From positions 256,001 through 320,000 of the forward strand of contig CAVZJB010000012.1 in NCBI GenBank assembly GCA_963775425.1: a stretch of DNA of 64,000 bases, read 5' to 3'. Under the pieces are notes generated by a model, which saw nothing but the letters and a program-made list of their open reading frames with translations, had not been told where the DNA came from and searched no databases. Each line of letters begins with the position of its first letter. The stretch's first letter is position 1. Position numbers and translations under genes: made by a program. Source of the DNA: an uncultured delta proteobacterium (GTDB lineage: Bacteria; Myxococcota; UBA727; VGSZ01). Below, piece by piece: positions 1 to 8,687 of the stretch.

Positions 1-10
1 CCTGCGGCTG

Positions 11-3000
11 TTGCCCAAGGCGATCCGCCGCCCGCCCGAGGGGAAGCTCCCGCGCAGCGAGGCGCTCTTGCGGCGCCTGTACCGCGGCGACTTCGTGCCC
101 ATGGAGAAGAAGGAGCCGGTGGTGGACCTCGCGTGGAGCGAGGGGCCGTACCTCGCCTCCATCGACGACGACGCCCTCGTCGTCCTCGACGCCGCCAGCC
201 AGATCGCGTCGTTGGGCCTCGGCTTCGCGCCGGGCACGTTCATGGCCGCCCTCGACGCCGGCGAGCTCGGCGAGGCGCTCGTGGCCAACCCCGACACCGA
301 GGCGGTGGGCGGGGACCGCGCGCACCTCGAGGAGTACGGGCGCTTCCTCGTGAAGCAGTCGTGGCCGGGCATCCGCTACGCGAGCTTCACGTCGGGGGGC
401 GCCGAGGCCAACGAGAAGGCGTTCGACCTCTGCCGGCTGCACGGCCCCGGCGGCAAGCGCGTCATCTGCTTCGAGGGGTCGTTTCACGGGCGCACGCTCA
501 TGGCGCTCCACGCCACGCACAACCCCGACAAGCGCAAGGCGTTCGAATTCGAAGGCTATGAGGCGTCGTTCGTGCCGTTCCCGCGGTGGAACGATCCGCG
601 CGAGGAGCCGCCGGTGGAGGACGCGTGGATCGCGGCGTGGTCCACGGGGCAGACGCCCGGCGACGACGGCGACCCGCTCCTGCAGGCCGAGATCGAGTCG
701 CTCGTGGCGGTGAGGAACGAGATCAAGAAGGGCGAGGTCTGCTGCGTCATCGTCGAGCCCATGCAGGGCGAGGGCGGCGACAACTACGCCACCGCACGCT
801 TCTTCAACGGCTTGCGTGCGCTCACCCGCGGCTTCTCGGTGCCGCTCGTCTACGACGAGGTGCAAAGCGGCTTCGGTCTCGGCGGCTCCTTCTGGTGGCA
901 CTCGCTGTTCAACCTGAGGAACCCGCGCGGCCAGCCCGAGGGACCGGATTGCATCGTGTCCGCCAAGAAGGCGCAGGTCGGCGTCTGCCTCTCGGTGTGG
1001 CCCGACCCGCGGCCGGCGCCCGCGCACGTGGTGCAGGCGCAGCGCGGCCTGCTCCATGCGCAGGGCATCCTGGAGACCAGCGCGCGCGACATGCAGACCG
1101 AGGTGCAGGAGCGCCTGTGGGCGCTGGCCGTCGACTACCCCGCCCTCGTCGCCAACCCGCGAAACCTCGGCTGGTGCTTCGCGTTCGATCTGCCGTCCAA
1201 GCACCTGGCCATGCAGGTCATCGCCCAGCGCTTCTACCGCGGCTTCATGGCGTACATCGCCGGCGAGCGCACGGTGCGCTTCCGCTTGAACGCGTCGTGG
1301 GGCGTGCGCGACGTCGAGCTGTTGTTCGGCGGGTTGCGCGACGCGCTCAACGCCATCGCCGCCAAGACGCGCGGGGTGGATCCGGCCAAGCAGCGCGACG
1401 CCATGGAGAGCTACCGCGCGCCCAAGTGGGAAGACGGCGGGGCCCGCTCCGCGGAGCCCGCGCGCACCGGCGGCGGCCCGTTCGGCACGTCGTACGACGC
1501 CATGAGCGAAGATCCGCCGGCGCTGTTGCGTTGGATGACGCGCCTGCCGCGCGGGCCGCTCGAGAAGGTCTGCGATCGCGTGCTCGGCATGGAGGGCCAG
1601 TTCGAGGACACGGTGGTGGAGGAGGCGCTCAAGAAGGCGACGGGCGCCGAGCGCGCGTGGGCGTACCCGACCAAGTTCGTCGAGCGCATGCGCCAGATCT
1701 CCGAAGAGATCGCCAAGGCGCCCGACCAGCAGGCCGCCTACGATCGCGTCACCGCCGACATCGGCATGGAGCCCACCCGCTTGCTCGCCGAGGTGCTCGG
1801 CGCGCGCGTCGTCATCCTCGATCCCAAGGACTGGGCCGAGTACGCCGACAAGATCGTCGACATCGAAAACGCCACCTACGAAGAGGGGCGGCGCGACAGC
1901 GAGGAAGACCTGCGGCGCATGGTGACGTCGGAGGGCGGCGTCGGCGTCATCCTCGTGCGCTACACCGACGTCGGCGAGCGCGTGCTCGGCTACGCGTTCG
2001 GCGGCCCGGTCGAGGGCTACAAGAGCGACGGCCCGCGCGAAGACCCGATGAACGGCAGCAGCAACACGTTCTACTCGGCCAACATCACTGTCGCCCCGGG
2101 GGCGCGCTCGACGGGCCTCGGCCGCCGCCTGAAGAGCGCGCAGGTGCAGCGGGTGAAGGAGATCAAGGCCGGCGACGGCTCCCCCCGCTACATGTTCATG
2201 ACGGGGCGAAACCGCCTCTACTTCACGCGCGAGATGGCGGCCATCAACCGCAACTTCGGCGCGTACGTCGTCGAGCACTACCGCCGCGACCAATACGGTG
2301 ATCGCTCGGGACAGGCGCTCTACTACCGCATCCCCTTGCGGCGCCCGAGCTGCCCGACGGCGCTGCCCGAGCAGAGCGCGCGCCCGTTCGGGAGCATGGG
2401 AGAGCAGCTTTTCGACTGGGGCTCGTCGGTGCAGGCGCCGCTGGGCGCGCGTCACCCCCGCTTGTGCAGGGCGCTCGCGGACGGCGAGCTGACCGGCGCG
2501 GTGGGCACCAAGCTGACGCTGTCGAACTGGACCACGCCGGACATCGTTCGCTACACCGAGACGCTGATGCACCTGGGGCCGAAGGGCCTGCCACACGTGT
2601 ACTTCACGTCCGGCCGCGACGAGCTCGTCGACAAGTCCATTCGCTGCCTGCGCCTCAAGCGGCCCAAGGCCGACGTCGTCATCGGGCTCGACCGGCAATA
2701 CGTCGGGCACACCACGGCGGCGGCGCGGTCCTTGTCGGATCCGGCGGGCGAGCAGTTGCCGTTCGGCTGGTTCGACTGGCCGCGCGTCCCGCACCCCGCC
2801 GACGTCGGCACCGACGCCTCGCTCGCGGCCATCATGGCCACGCTCAACCGCCTCGGACCCGATCGCGTGGTGGGCATCTACGTCGAGATCATCGGTGAGC
2901 GCTCAGGGCTCGGGCTGCCCGAGGACTTCCAGGCGGCGCTGCAGGCGCTGCACGAGGACACGGGCGTGCCCATCGTTGCGGTGGAGACGGCGAGCGCCCT

Positions 3001-3478
3001 GGGCCGCCTCGGCCCCAACCTGTGGGCGTGCGACGGCGTGCCGCTGAAGCCGAACCTGATCCTCTGGTACGCGGGCGGACAGCTCGGCCACATCTTCGTC
3101 GACGACAAGCACTACGTGGGCAAGCCGCTGCAGCTCATCTCCACGTGGGACGGCGACGAGATCTCCATCGTGCGTACGCACCATCACCTGCTCGAGGCGC
3201 GGCGCCTGTTGAAGGACAGCCGCGGCGCTGCGTTTCATCGCATGGTCGACGAGGTGCGCCTCCCCGGCCGCCGCAAGGGCGCGGGCCTGTGGCAGGTGCT
3301 CGACGTCGAAGACGAGCTGAAGGCGGACGCGGTGCGCAAGGCGGCGTTCCGCCGGGGCCTGCGCTTGAAGAAGGGCCTGCCCGGGCACATCGTGATGGCG
3401 CCGGCCGTGTGCGCGAGCGACGACGAGATGAAGCTCGGCCTCTCGCGGCTCGAGCAGGCGGTGCGCGAGGTGATGTAG
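11..3478 (+). CDS. Class III aminotransferase (L-lysine 6-transaminase/GABA-AT-like) - GNAT acetyltransferase - degenerate class III aminotransferase fusion; probably 5'-truncated by the window edge
   Basis: Domain 1 has SGGAEANEKA, FEGSFHGRT, EPMQGEGG, YDEVQSGFG and SAKKAQVG (PLP Lys). The middle has GNAT motif A, NITVAPGARSTGLG. Domain 3 repeats the fold without the PLP Lys but with STWDG. The frame is open from position 2. Confidence 0.85.
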   Translation: MPKAIRRPPEGKLPRSEALLRRLYRGDFVPMEKKEPVVDLAWSEGPYLASIDDDALVVLDAASQIASLGLGFAPGTFMAALDAGELGEALVANPDTEAVGGDRAHLEEYGRFLVKQSWPGIRYASFTSGGAEANEKAFDLCRLHGPGGKRVICFEGSFHGRTLMALHATHNPDKRKAFEFEGYEASFVPFPRWNDPREEPPVEDAWIAAWSTGQTPGDDGDPLLQAEIESLVAVRNEIKKGEVCCVIVEPMQGEGGDNYATARFFNGLRALTRGFSVPLVYDEVQSGFGLGGSFWWHSLFNLRNPRGQPEGPDCIVSAKKAQVGVCLSVWPDPRPAPAHVVQAQRGLLHAQGILETSARDMQTEVQERLWALAVDYPALVANPRNLGWCFAFDLPSKHLAMQVIAQRFYRGFMAYIAGERTVRFRLNASWGVRDVELLFGGLRDALNAIAAKTRGVDPAKQRDAMESYRAPKWEDGGARSAEPARTGGGPFGTSYDAMSEDPPALLRWMTRLPRGPLEKVCDRVLGMEGQFEDTVVEEALKKATGAERAWAYPTKFVERMRQISEEIAKAPDQQAAYDRVTADIGMEPTRLLAEVLGARVVILDPKDWAEYADKIVDIENATYEEGRRDSEEDLRRMVTSEGGVGVILVRYTDVGERVLGYAFGGPVEGYKSDGPREDPMNGSSNTFYSANITVAPGARSTGLGRRLKSAQVQRVKEIKAGDGSPRYMFMTGRNRLYFTREMAAINRNFGAYVVEHYRRDQYGDRSGQALYYRIPLRRPSCPTALPEQSARPFGSMGEQLFDWGSSVQAPLGARHPRLCRALADGELTGAVGTKLTLSNWTTPDIVRYTETLMHLGPKGLPHVYFTSGRDELVDKSIRCLRLKRPKADVVIGLDRQYVGHTTAAARSLSDPAGEQLPFGWFDWPRVPHPADVGTDASLAAIMATLNRLGPDRVVGIYVEIIGERSGLGLPEDFQAALQALHEDTGVPIVAVETASALGRLGPNLWACDGVPLKPNLILWYAGGQLGHIFVDDKHYVGKPLQLISTWDGDEISIVRTHHHLLEARRLLKDSRGAAFHRMVDEVRLPGRRKGAGLWQVLDVEDELKADAVRKAAFRRGLRLKKGLPGHIVMAPAVCASDDEMKLGLSRLEQAVREVM

Positions 3479-3543
3479 ACCGGTCCGCCGGGCGCTCGCG
3501 CGGTCCGCTGGGCATTCGCGCAGGCGCGTGCGACGCTCGCGCG

Positions 3544-4080
3544 ATGACCATGACGAAGGCGACGCCGACGTCGACGACGTCAGCGGTGCTGTGGCTGACC
3601 GGCCTCTCGGGGGCGGGGAAGACCACGCTGTCCCGCGCGCTGCACGAGCGGCTCGCGCGCCGGGGCACGAGGGCGGCGCTCCTCGACGGCGACGTCTTGC
3701 GCAAGGGCATCAGCGCGGACCTCGGGTATTCCCCGGAGGATCGCACCGAGAACGTGCGCCGCGCCGCGCACGTGGCGCGCCTGATGTCGGCGGAGCGGCT
3801 CGTCGTCGTCGTCGCGCTCATCTCGCCGATGACGTCCCAGCGCGCGCTCGCGCGGCGCATCGTCGGCGCGCCGTTTCGCGAGGTGTTCGTGCACGCGCCG
3901 CTGCCCGTGTGCATCGAGCGGGATCCCAAGGGGCTCTACAAGCGCGCGCTCGCGGGCAAGCTCGCGCAGTTCACCGGCGTGTCCGCGCCCTACGAGCCGC
4001 CGCCGTCGCCCGAGCTCGTCCTCGACACGTCGGTGCGCACCATCGACGACTGCTGCGACGCCTTGCACGCTTTGCTCTGA
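3544..4080 (+). CDS. cysC: Adenylyl-sulfate (APS) kinase
   Basis: WLTGLSGAGKTT P-loop, LDGDVLR, DRTENVRR, RDPKGLYKRALAG, FTGVSAPYEPP. Confidence 0.95.
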   Translation: MTMTKATPTSTTSAVLWLTGLSGAGKTTLSRALHERLARRGTRAALLDGDVLRKGISADLGYSPEDRTENVRRAAHVARLMSAERLVVVVALISPMTSQRALARRIVGAPFREVFVHAPLPVCIERDPKGLYKRALAGKLAQFTGVSAPYEPPPSPELVLDTSVRTIDDCCDALHALL

Positions 4081-4374
4081 GCTGAGCGGCGTGACGACAT
4101 TCACGGCGGCACGGCGTTCGTTGCTGACGACGACGTCGTGCCCCGCCGCGAATGTCTACGCCGCGCGCCTTCGGCGCCTCTCTCGCATCGGGGCGACGGC
4201 CGGCGCCGTCGTCGCCGCACGCGTCGACACGGCACGTCCGCGCCCTCTCCCCCGGGGGACGCGGCCCAGCGCGGGCCCGGTCCCGCGCGCGTTGCCGATG
4301 GATCACATTGCTCGTCGCCCTTTGCGCTCAGCGGCGTTACGACATTCACGGCGGCAGGGCGTTCGTCGCTGCCG
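4081..4374 (+). repeat. Imperfect 49-bp direct repeat (4081-4129 and 4326-4374) between convergent genes
   Basis: gctgagcggcgtgacgacattcacggcggcacggcgttcgttgctgacg vs gctcagcggcgttacgacattcacggcggcagggcgttcgtcgctgccg, 44/49 identical. Confidence 0.85.
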
Positions 4375-4457
4375 CAGACGTCGACACGGCACGCACGGCA
4401 TCGAGACGTAGGCGCCCCCTTGCGCACCGGACGTCCACGGCGCCGGGTGTTTCCGAC

Positions 4458-4487
4458 GCGGGGGACAAGCCCCCGCCCTACGGGTCG
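4458..4487 (-). repeat. GTAG-type REP-like palindrome
   Basis: Minus strand reads cgacccGTAGGGCGGGGGCTTGTCCCCCGC (GTAG followed by a GC hairpin); near-identical copy at 27601-27630. Confidence 0.7.
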
Positions 4488-4510
4488 TCGACGTCGGTGA
4501 TGGCCGGGGC

Positions 4511-4975
4511 TCAGGCGTAGCCGAGGTCCTTGAGGCCGGCGAGGAGGGCGGCGTCCTCGCCGTCGCTCAAGGCGCCGCGGGCGGGCGGGCCGAGGTAGCC
4601 GAGCCCCTCGAGGAGCTCGACGATGCTGACGAGCGCGGGGGCGACGTCGGCGCCGGCGGGCACGGCGAGGTGCGGCCGCGACACGGGCTCGAACCCCGGG
4701 GCGCCCCCGTCCTCCCACGCGACCACCACCGCCGCCGGCGCCTGCGCGAAGAGCGCCTCGCGGGCGTCGGCCGACGGCTCTTCGAGGAGCGCCACGCACG
4801 CGCGCCCGCCGCCGACGGCCGTGCGCACGGCGCCGAGGGTGGTGGCGCCATCGGCGCCGGCGACGACGTCGGCGCCGAGGCCACGCGCGCCGAGCTCCTC
4901 GACGACGGCGGGCATGGCGTCCTCGAGGACGCGGACGCGCGGGCCACAGAGGAACAACTGGAACGGCGTGCTCAT
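4511..4975 (-). CDS. Degenerate APS-kinase-like small protein with C-terminal LGY motif
   Basis: ATGA-coupled to the upstream gene. C-terminus FEPVSRPHL...VELLEGLGYL...LAGLKDLGYA resembles the CysC C-terminus; no P-loop. Confidence 0.6.
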   Translation of the reverse strand: MSTPFQLFLCGPRVRVLEDAMPAVVEELGARGLGADVVAGADGATTLGAVRTAVGGGRACVALLEEPSADAREALFAQAPAAVVVAWEDGGAPGFEPVSRPHLAVPAGADVAPALVSIVELLEGLGYLGPPARGALSDGEDAALLAGLKDLGYA

Positions 4976-6498
4976 GAGCGCTCTCCTCGGCGGCCCGCCT
5001 CGCCCCCCGGCGGCCGCGCTTGATCGGCGACCGGAGGGAGCTGCCGCGCTGGATCGGACGCGGGTGGATCGGTCGGGACGGCGAAGGGCATCGGGGCGCC
5101 GATCATGTGATCGGGCACCGTCTCCCCGAGGAGCCGCAGCGCCGTGGGGGCCACGTCGTAGAGGCTCGCCGACACGCGCACGCCGCCGGGCGACGGGTCG
5201 CCGCGCGCGGGGCGGTACAGCACGATGCCGTCGACGGCGTGGTTGGCGCCGTCGGCGCCGGTGTCGTTGTCGGCCGAAAAGATCGCCTCGTGCGCGGGCG
5301 CGTCCGCCTCGGGCAGCACCGTGGCGTTCGCGCGCAGCGCCAGGTCGCCGGGAAACACGATCAGGTCGGGCGCCACCCCGCGCACCGCGCGGAACGTCTC
5401 CTCGGGGACGAACACGCGGTTGCCGAGCACGGCGCCGTCGGGACCGCGCATCTGTTCGAGCTTCTTCTTCAGCGAAGCGCGAAACGCCGGCAGGTCGCCG
5501 ATGACGCCGCGGGGCTCGCGGCCGGCGACGTTCAGGAACACGCGCGCGTAGTAGCCGCCGTCGGCCCACGCGGAGGTCTTCGCCCAGTCGACGTCCTCGA
5601 GGCGCAGCCGATCGGTGCGCGCCGGCCGACGCGCCAGAGACAGCAGCCCCTCGCGCACGAGCCACTCGTTGAAGCGCACGCCGCCCTTCATGGTGCGCGC
5701 ACCGTGGTCGGACACGACGAGGACGGCGGTGTCGTCACCGAGCGCGTCGAGGAAGCGGCCGAGGCGGCGGTCGAGGGCGACGTAGTAGTCGCGGATGGCG
5801 TTGCGAAACGGGCTGTGCGGATCGTGGCGCGGGTGGTCGGGGTGACAGTCGGCCCAGAACGCGTGGTGCAGGCGATCGACGCCCATCTCCACCATGAACA
5901 AGAGGTCCCAGCCGCCCTTGGCCGCCAGCGCCTCCACGACGTCGAAGCGCGTCTCGCGCAGCCGGTGCAGGCGCTCGAGCAGCTCGGCCCGCGGGGCGGT
6001 GCGGAAGTCCTTCACATCGACGGGGTAAGCGCCGTCGCCGCACACGGCGTCGATCTCCGCCCGCAGCGACGGCGGCTGCGTGATCACCTCGGCGCCGTCG
6101 GGCACCGGCAGCCCTGCGACGAGGTCGCCGAGGATGGGCCGCGCGGGGTACGTGAGCGGCACGCCCACGACCAGCGAGCGCCGCCGCCGGCGCGACAGCA
6201 GCTGCCACACCGACGGCGCGTCCGGCAGCCAGGTGGCGTCGGCCACGCGCATGTCGCCGTAGCCGTGATCGACGCGGTTCCGGAAGCCGTACAGCCCGAG
6301 CTGCCCGGGGTCCTGGCTGGTGGCCATGCACATCCACGCCGGCACAGTGATGGGCGGCACCGTGCTGCGCAGCGTCCCGTGCGGGCACGACGACGCGAGG
6401 CGCGCGAACGTGGGCAGCTCGTCGAGGAAGCGATCGAAGAGGAGCTGCGGCGTCAGGCAGTCGACGCCGACGATGGCCACGCGGCGCGCGGCGCTCAC
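4972..6498 (-). CDS. Alkaline phosphatase superfamily (nucleotide pyrophosphatase/phosphodiesterase-type) protein, Thr nucleophile
   Basis: IVGVDC, STVPPITVPAWMCMATSQDPGQLGLYGF, DRLHH, VSDHG, NHAVDG, DVAPT; GTG start overlaps the upstream stop (GTGA). Confidence 0.88.
   Translation of the reverse strand: MSAARRVAIVGVDCLTPQLLFDRFLDELPTFARLASSCPHGTLRSTVPPITVPAWMCMATSQDPGQLGLYGFRNRVDHGYGDMRVADATWLPDAPSVWQLLSRRRRRSLVVGVPLTYPARPILGDLVAGLPVPDGAEVITQPPSLRAEIDAVCGDGAYPVDVKDFRTAPRAELLERLHRLRETRFDVVEALAAKGGWDLLFMVEMGVDRLHHAFWADCHPDHPRHDPHSPFRNAIRDYYVALDRRLGRFLDALGDDTAVLVVSDHGARTMKGGVRFNEWLVREGLLSLARRPARTDRLRLEDVDWAKTSAWADGGYYARVFLNVAGREPRGVIGDLPAFRASLKKKLEQMRGPDGAVLGNRVFVPEETFRAVRGVAPDLIVFPGDLALRANATVLPEADAPAHEAIFSADNDTGADGANHAVDGIVLYRPARGDPSPGGVRVSASLYDVAPTALRLLGETVPDHMIGAPMPFAVPTDPPASDPARQLPPVADQARPPGGEAGRRGERS
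5011..5057 (+). repeat. Dispersed copy of the 29-bp GATC palindromic repeat, inside the 3' end of the phosphodiesterase gene
   Basis: 5021-5050 tgatcggcgaccggagggagctgccgcgct is 28/30 identical to the 13142-13310 array sequence. Confidence 0.75.
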
Positions 6499-8687
6499 TG
6501 CACCACCGCGTCGGCCGGCACGTCGCGCGTAGCCACCTCGACGGCGGGCCCCTGCAGCGGGCGGCCGTCCATCTCCGGCGGGATGGGCAACGACAAGAAG
6601 CGCAGCACCGTGGGCGCGATGTCGTACGCGTGCGGGTGCTCGACGGCGAGCGGGAAGTTGGTGACGAGCGTGCCGGGCACGTACGACGCGTCGACGATGT
6701 GGTCGCGCTGCCACTTCTTGTCGTTGGGAGCGAGCACCGCCGGCGCCACGCCGCCGACGGCGGTCTGCCACGAGCCCCGCGTGCCCGCGCGGTAACCGAC
6801 GACGAGGTCCGGCGCCTTGTCCTGTTGCTTGCCCTGGTAGAGCTCCTCGCGTGTGTAGACCTGGTGCACCGGGTGCTGTCCGCTGTCCGCGTCCACGTAC
6901 GCGGCGAGCTTCGCCTTGATCTCGTTCGCGACGGCGAGGCGCTCGCCGGCCGGCACGATGCCGCTCTTCTCGCGCCCCGTGAGGTTGATGAAGATGTCGG
7001 CGAAGCCCACGGCGTAGGCGCGCGTCTTGTCCCAGTCGACGTAGCGGTACAGCTCTCCCGCGCTGCCCGCGGGGCGCGCGGCGTACGCGGCCTCGTCGAT
7101 GACCATGTAGCCGTTGTCCACGAGCCAGCGGTTGAGGTCGAAGGAGCGGTCGAACGACGTGAAGCCGTGGTCGGAGAAGATCATCACGGCGGTGTCTTCC
7201 GGGAGGCGATCGAGCACGGTGCCGAGGTAGGCGTCGAAGTCGACGAGGTACTTGCCGATGGCCGTGTCCTCGACGGGGCCGTCGATCGGCGTCATGTGCT
7301 GGATGCGGTCCGACGTGTCGAACACGAACGCGAGGACGCCGTGGTCGAAGCGCGACAGCTCGTAGTCGAGCATGCGGCGGCGCTCGCCCTCGACGTCCTT
7401 GCACATGGCGAGGAACTGGGCCTCGTCGATGCGACCCTCGCCGAGGGCCTTGGTGTCCTCCGGCATCCCGAGCGTGTGGTACGCGCCGATCTCCTTCTTG
7501 AGCTCCGCCGCGTACGCCGGCGGCTGCGTGAACGGCACCACCGGCGCGTCGGGCTCGAGCTCGACCGCCGTGACGAAGAGCGCGAACGGATCGTGGGCGC
7601 TCACGAGGAGCAACTTCACCTGACCGGCCACCTTCTTGAACAGGCCGGAGGTGAACGTGAGCTCGACGTGGCGGCTCCACTTGCCGAGCGGCAGGGTCAC
7701 CGTGTTCTTCCCGATGCGCGCGACGGCGCCGTTGCCGTCGGGCGCGAGCTGCACGTGCAGCGGCAGCTTGAGGTCCTTGGCGCCGCCGAGCGCCCACGCC
7801 TGCGGCCCGATGAGCTCGGTGTCGACGACGCCGTCTTTGGGCACGACCACGGTGACCTTCTCCGCGCCCTCTTCGCCCGCCGGCGGCGCATGGTCGGTGA
7901 AGAAGGAGTAGCGCCCGAGGCCGCCGCGCACGTCGGGGACGCCGAGGCCGGCGAGCATGCGCAGGTTCTCGTCGGGGGGCGGGAAGGTCATGGGCCAGCG
8001 GATGACCGTGGTGGGGACCCCGTTTTTGGCGGCGACGTCCCAGAACGCGGACGCGTGCAGCGGGTACTTGTACGCGCCCCCGGCGCCGCGCGACTGCAGC
8101 GCCAGCTCCGGCAGGTAGCGATCCGGATCCCGGCCGATGAAGTCGAACACGCCGTGCTTGCCGGGGTTCTGGCCCGTCGCGAGCGACGCCCACACCACGG
8201 GGCTCTCCGGCGGGTTCGGCACCGCCAGGGGCTCGAGCGCGCCGTCGTCGGCGAGCCGCGCGAAATTCGGGAGGAGGCCCTTGTCGACGAGGGCGCGGAC
8301 CATCTTGGGATCGACGCCGTCGAGGCCGAGGAGGAGGACGCGTTCGGACGTGGAAGCCATGGTTTCGTCTCCGGAGGAAAACAGCGCGGGAGCCGCCAGG
8401 AAGGCGCCGCCGCTCGCTCCACCGAGGAGCGCGACGACGACGACGACGGCGGCGGCGGCGGGGTGCTTGCGCGCCGTCCGCCACAGGAAGCCGGCGACGC
8501 GATAGATGCGCAGCTTGAAGGCCGCGAAGGCGATGGCGATCCACGCGAGGATGGAGCCGCCCCAGCCCACCACGAGGCCGGCGGTGCCCGGGTCGATGTA
8601 CGCGTACGCGGGCGCGGCCGCGAGCAGCGCCACGGCGACGACGACGACGACGACGTGCGGGGCGCGCGCCCCGGGATTACTGGACAT
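6495..8687 (-). CDS. Membrane-anchored alkaline phosphatase superfamily (NPP-type) protein with N-terminal signal/YIDPGT module
   Basis: Signal-like N-terminus AYA|YIDPGTAG plus TM helices; LGLDG, PPESPVVWASLATGQNPGKHGVFDF, DRIQH, SDHGF, DIAPT. Confidence 0.88.
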   Translation of the reverse strand: MSSNPGARAPHVVVVVVAVALLAAAPAYAYIDPGTAGLVVGWGGSILAWIAIAFAAFKLRIYRVAGFLWRTARKHPAAAAVVVVVALLGGASGGAFLAAPALFSSGDETMASTSERVLLLGLDGVDPKMVRALVDKGLLPNFARLADDGALEPLAVPNPPESPVVWASLATGQNPGKHGVFDFIGRDPDRYLPELALQSRGAGGAYKYPLHASAFWDVAAKNGVPTTVIRWPMTFPPPDENLRMLAGLGVPDVRGGLGRYSFFTDHAPPAGEEGAEKVTVVVPKDGVVDTELIGPQAWALGGAKDLKLPLHVQLAPDGNGAVARIGKNTVTLPLGKWSRHVELTFTSGLFKKVAGQVKLLLVSAHDPFALFVTAVELEPDAPVVPFTQPPAYAAELKKEIGAYHTLGMPEDTKALGEGRIDEAQFLAMCKDVEGERRRMLDYELSRFDHGVLAFVFDTSDRIQHMTPIDGPVEDTAIGKYLVDFDAYLGTVLDRLPEDTAVMIFSDHGFTSFDRSFDLNRWLVDNGYMVIDEAAYAARPAGSAGELYRYVDWDKTRAYAVGFADIFINLTGREKSGIVPAGERLAVANEIKAKLAAYVDADSGQHPVHQVYTREELYQGKQQDKAPDLVVGYRAGTRGSWQTAVGGVAPAVLAPNDKKWQRDHIVDASYVPGTLVTNFPLAVEHPHAYDIAPTVLRFLSLPIPPEMDGRPLQGPAVEVATRDVPADAVVQ

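Noticed and set aside
3544-4080. cysC as part of a sulfate assimilation operon
   Set aside because: No cysD/N/H/I/J in the window.
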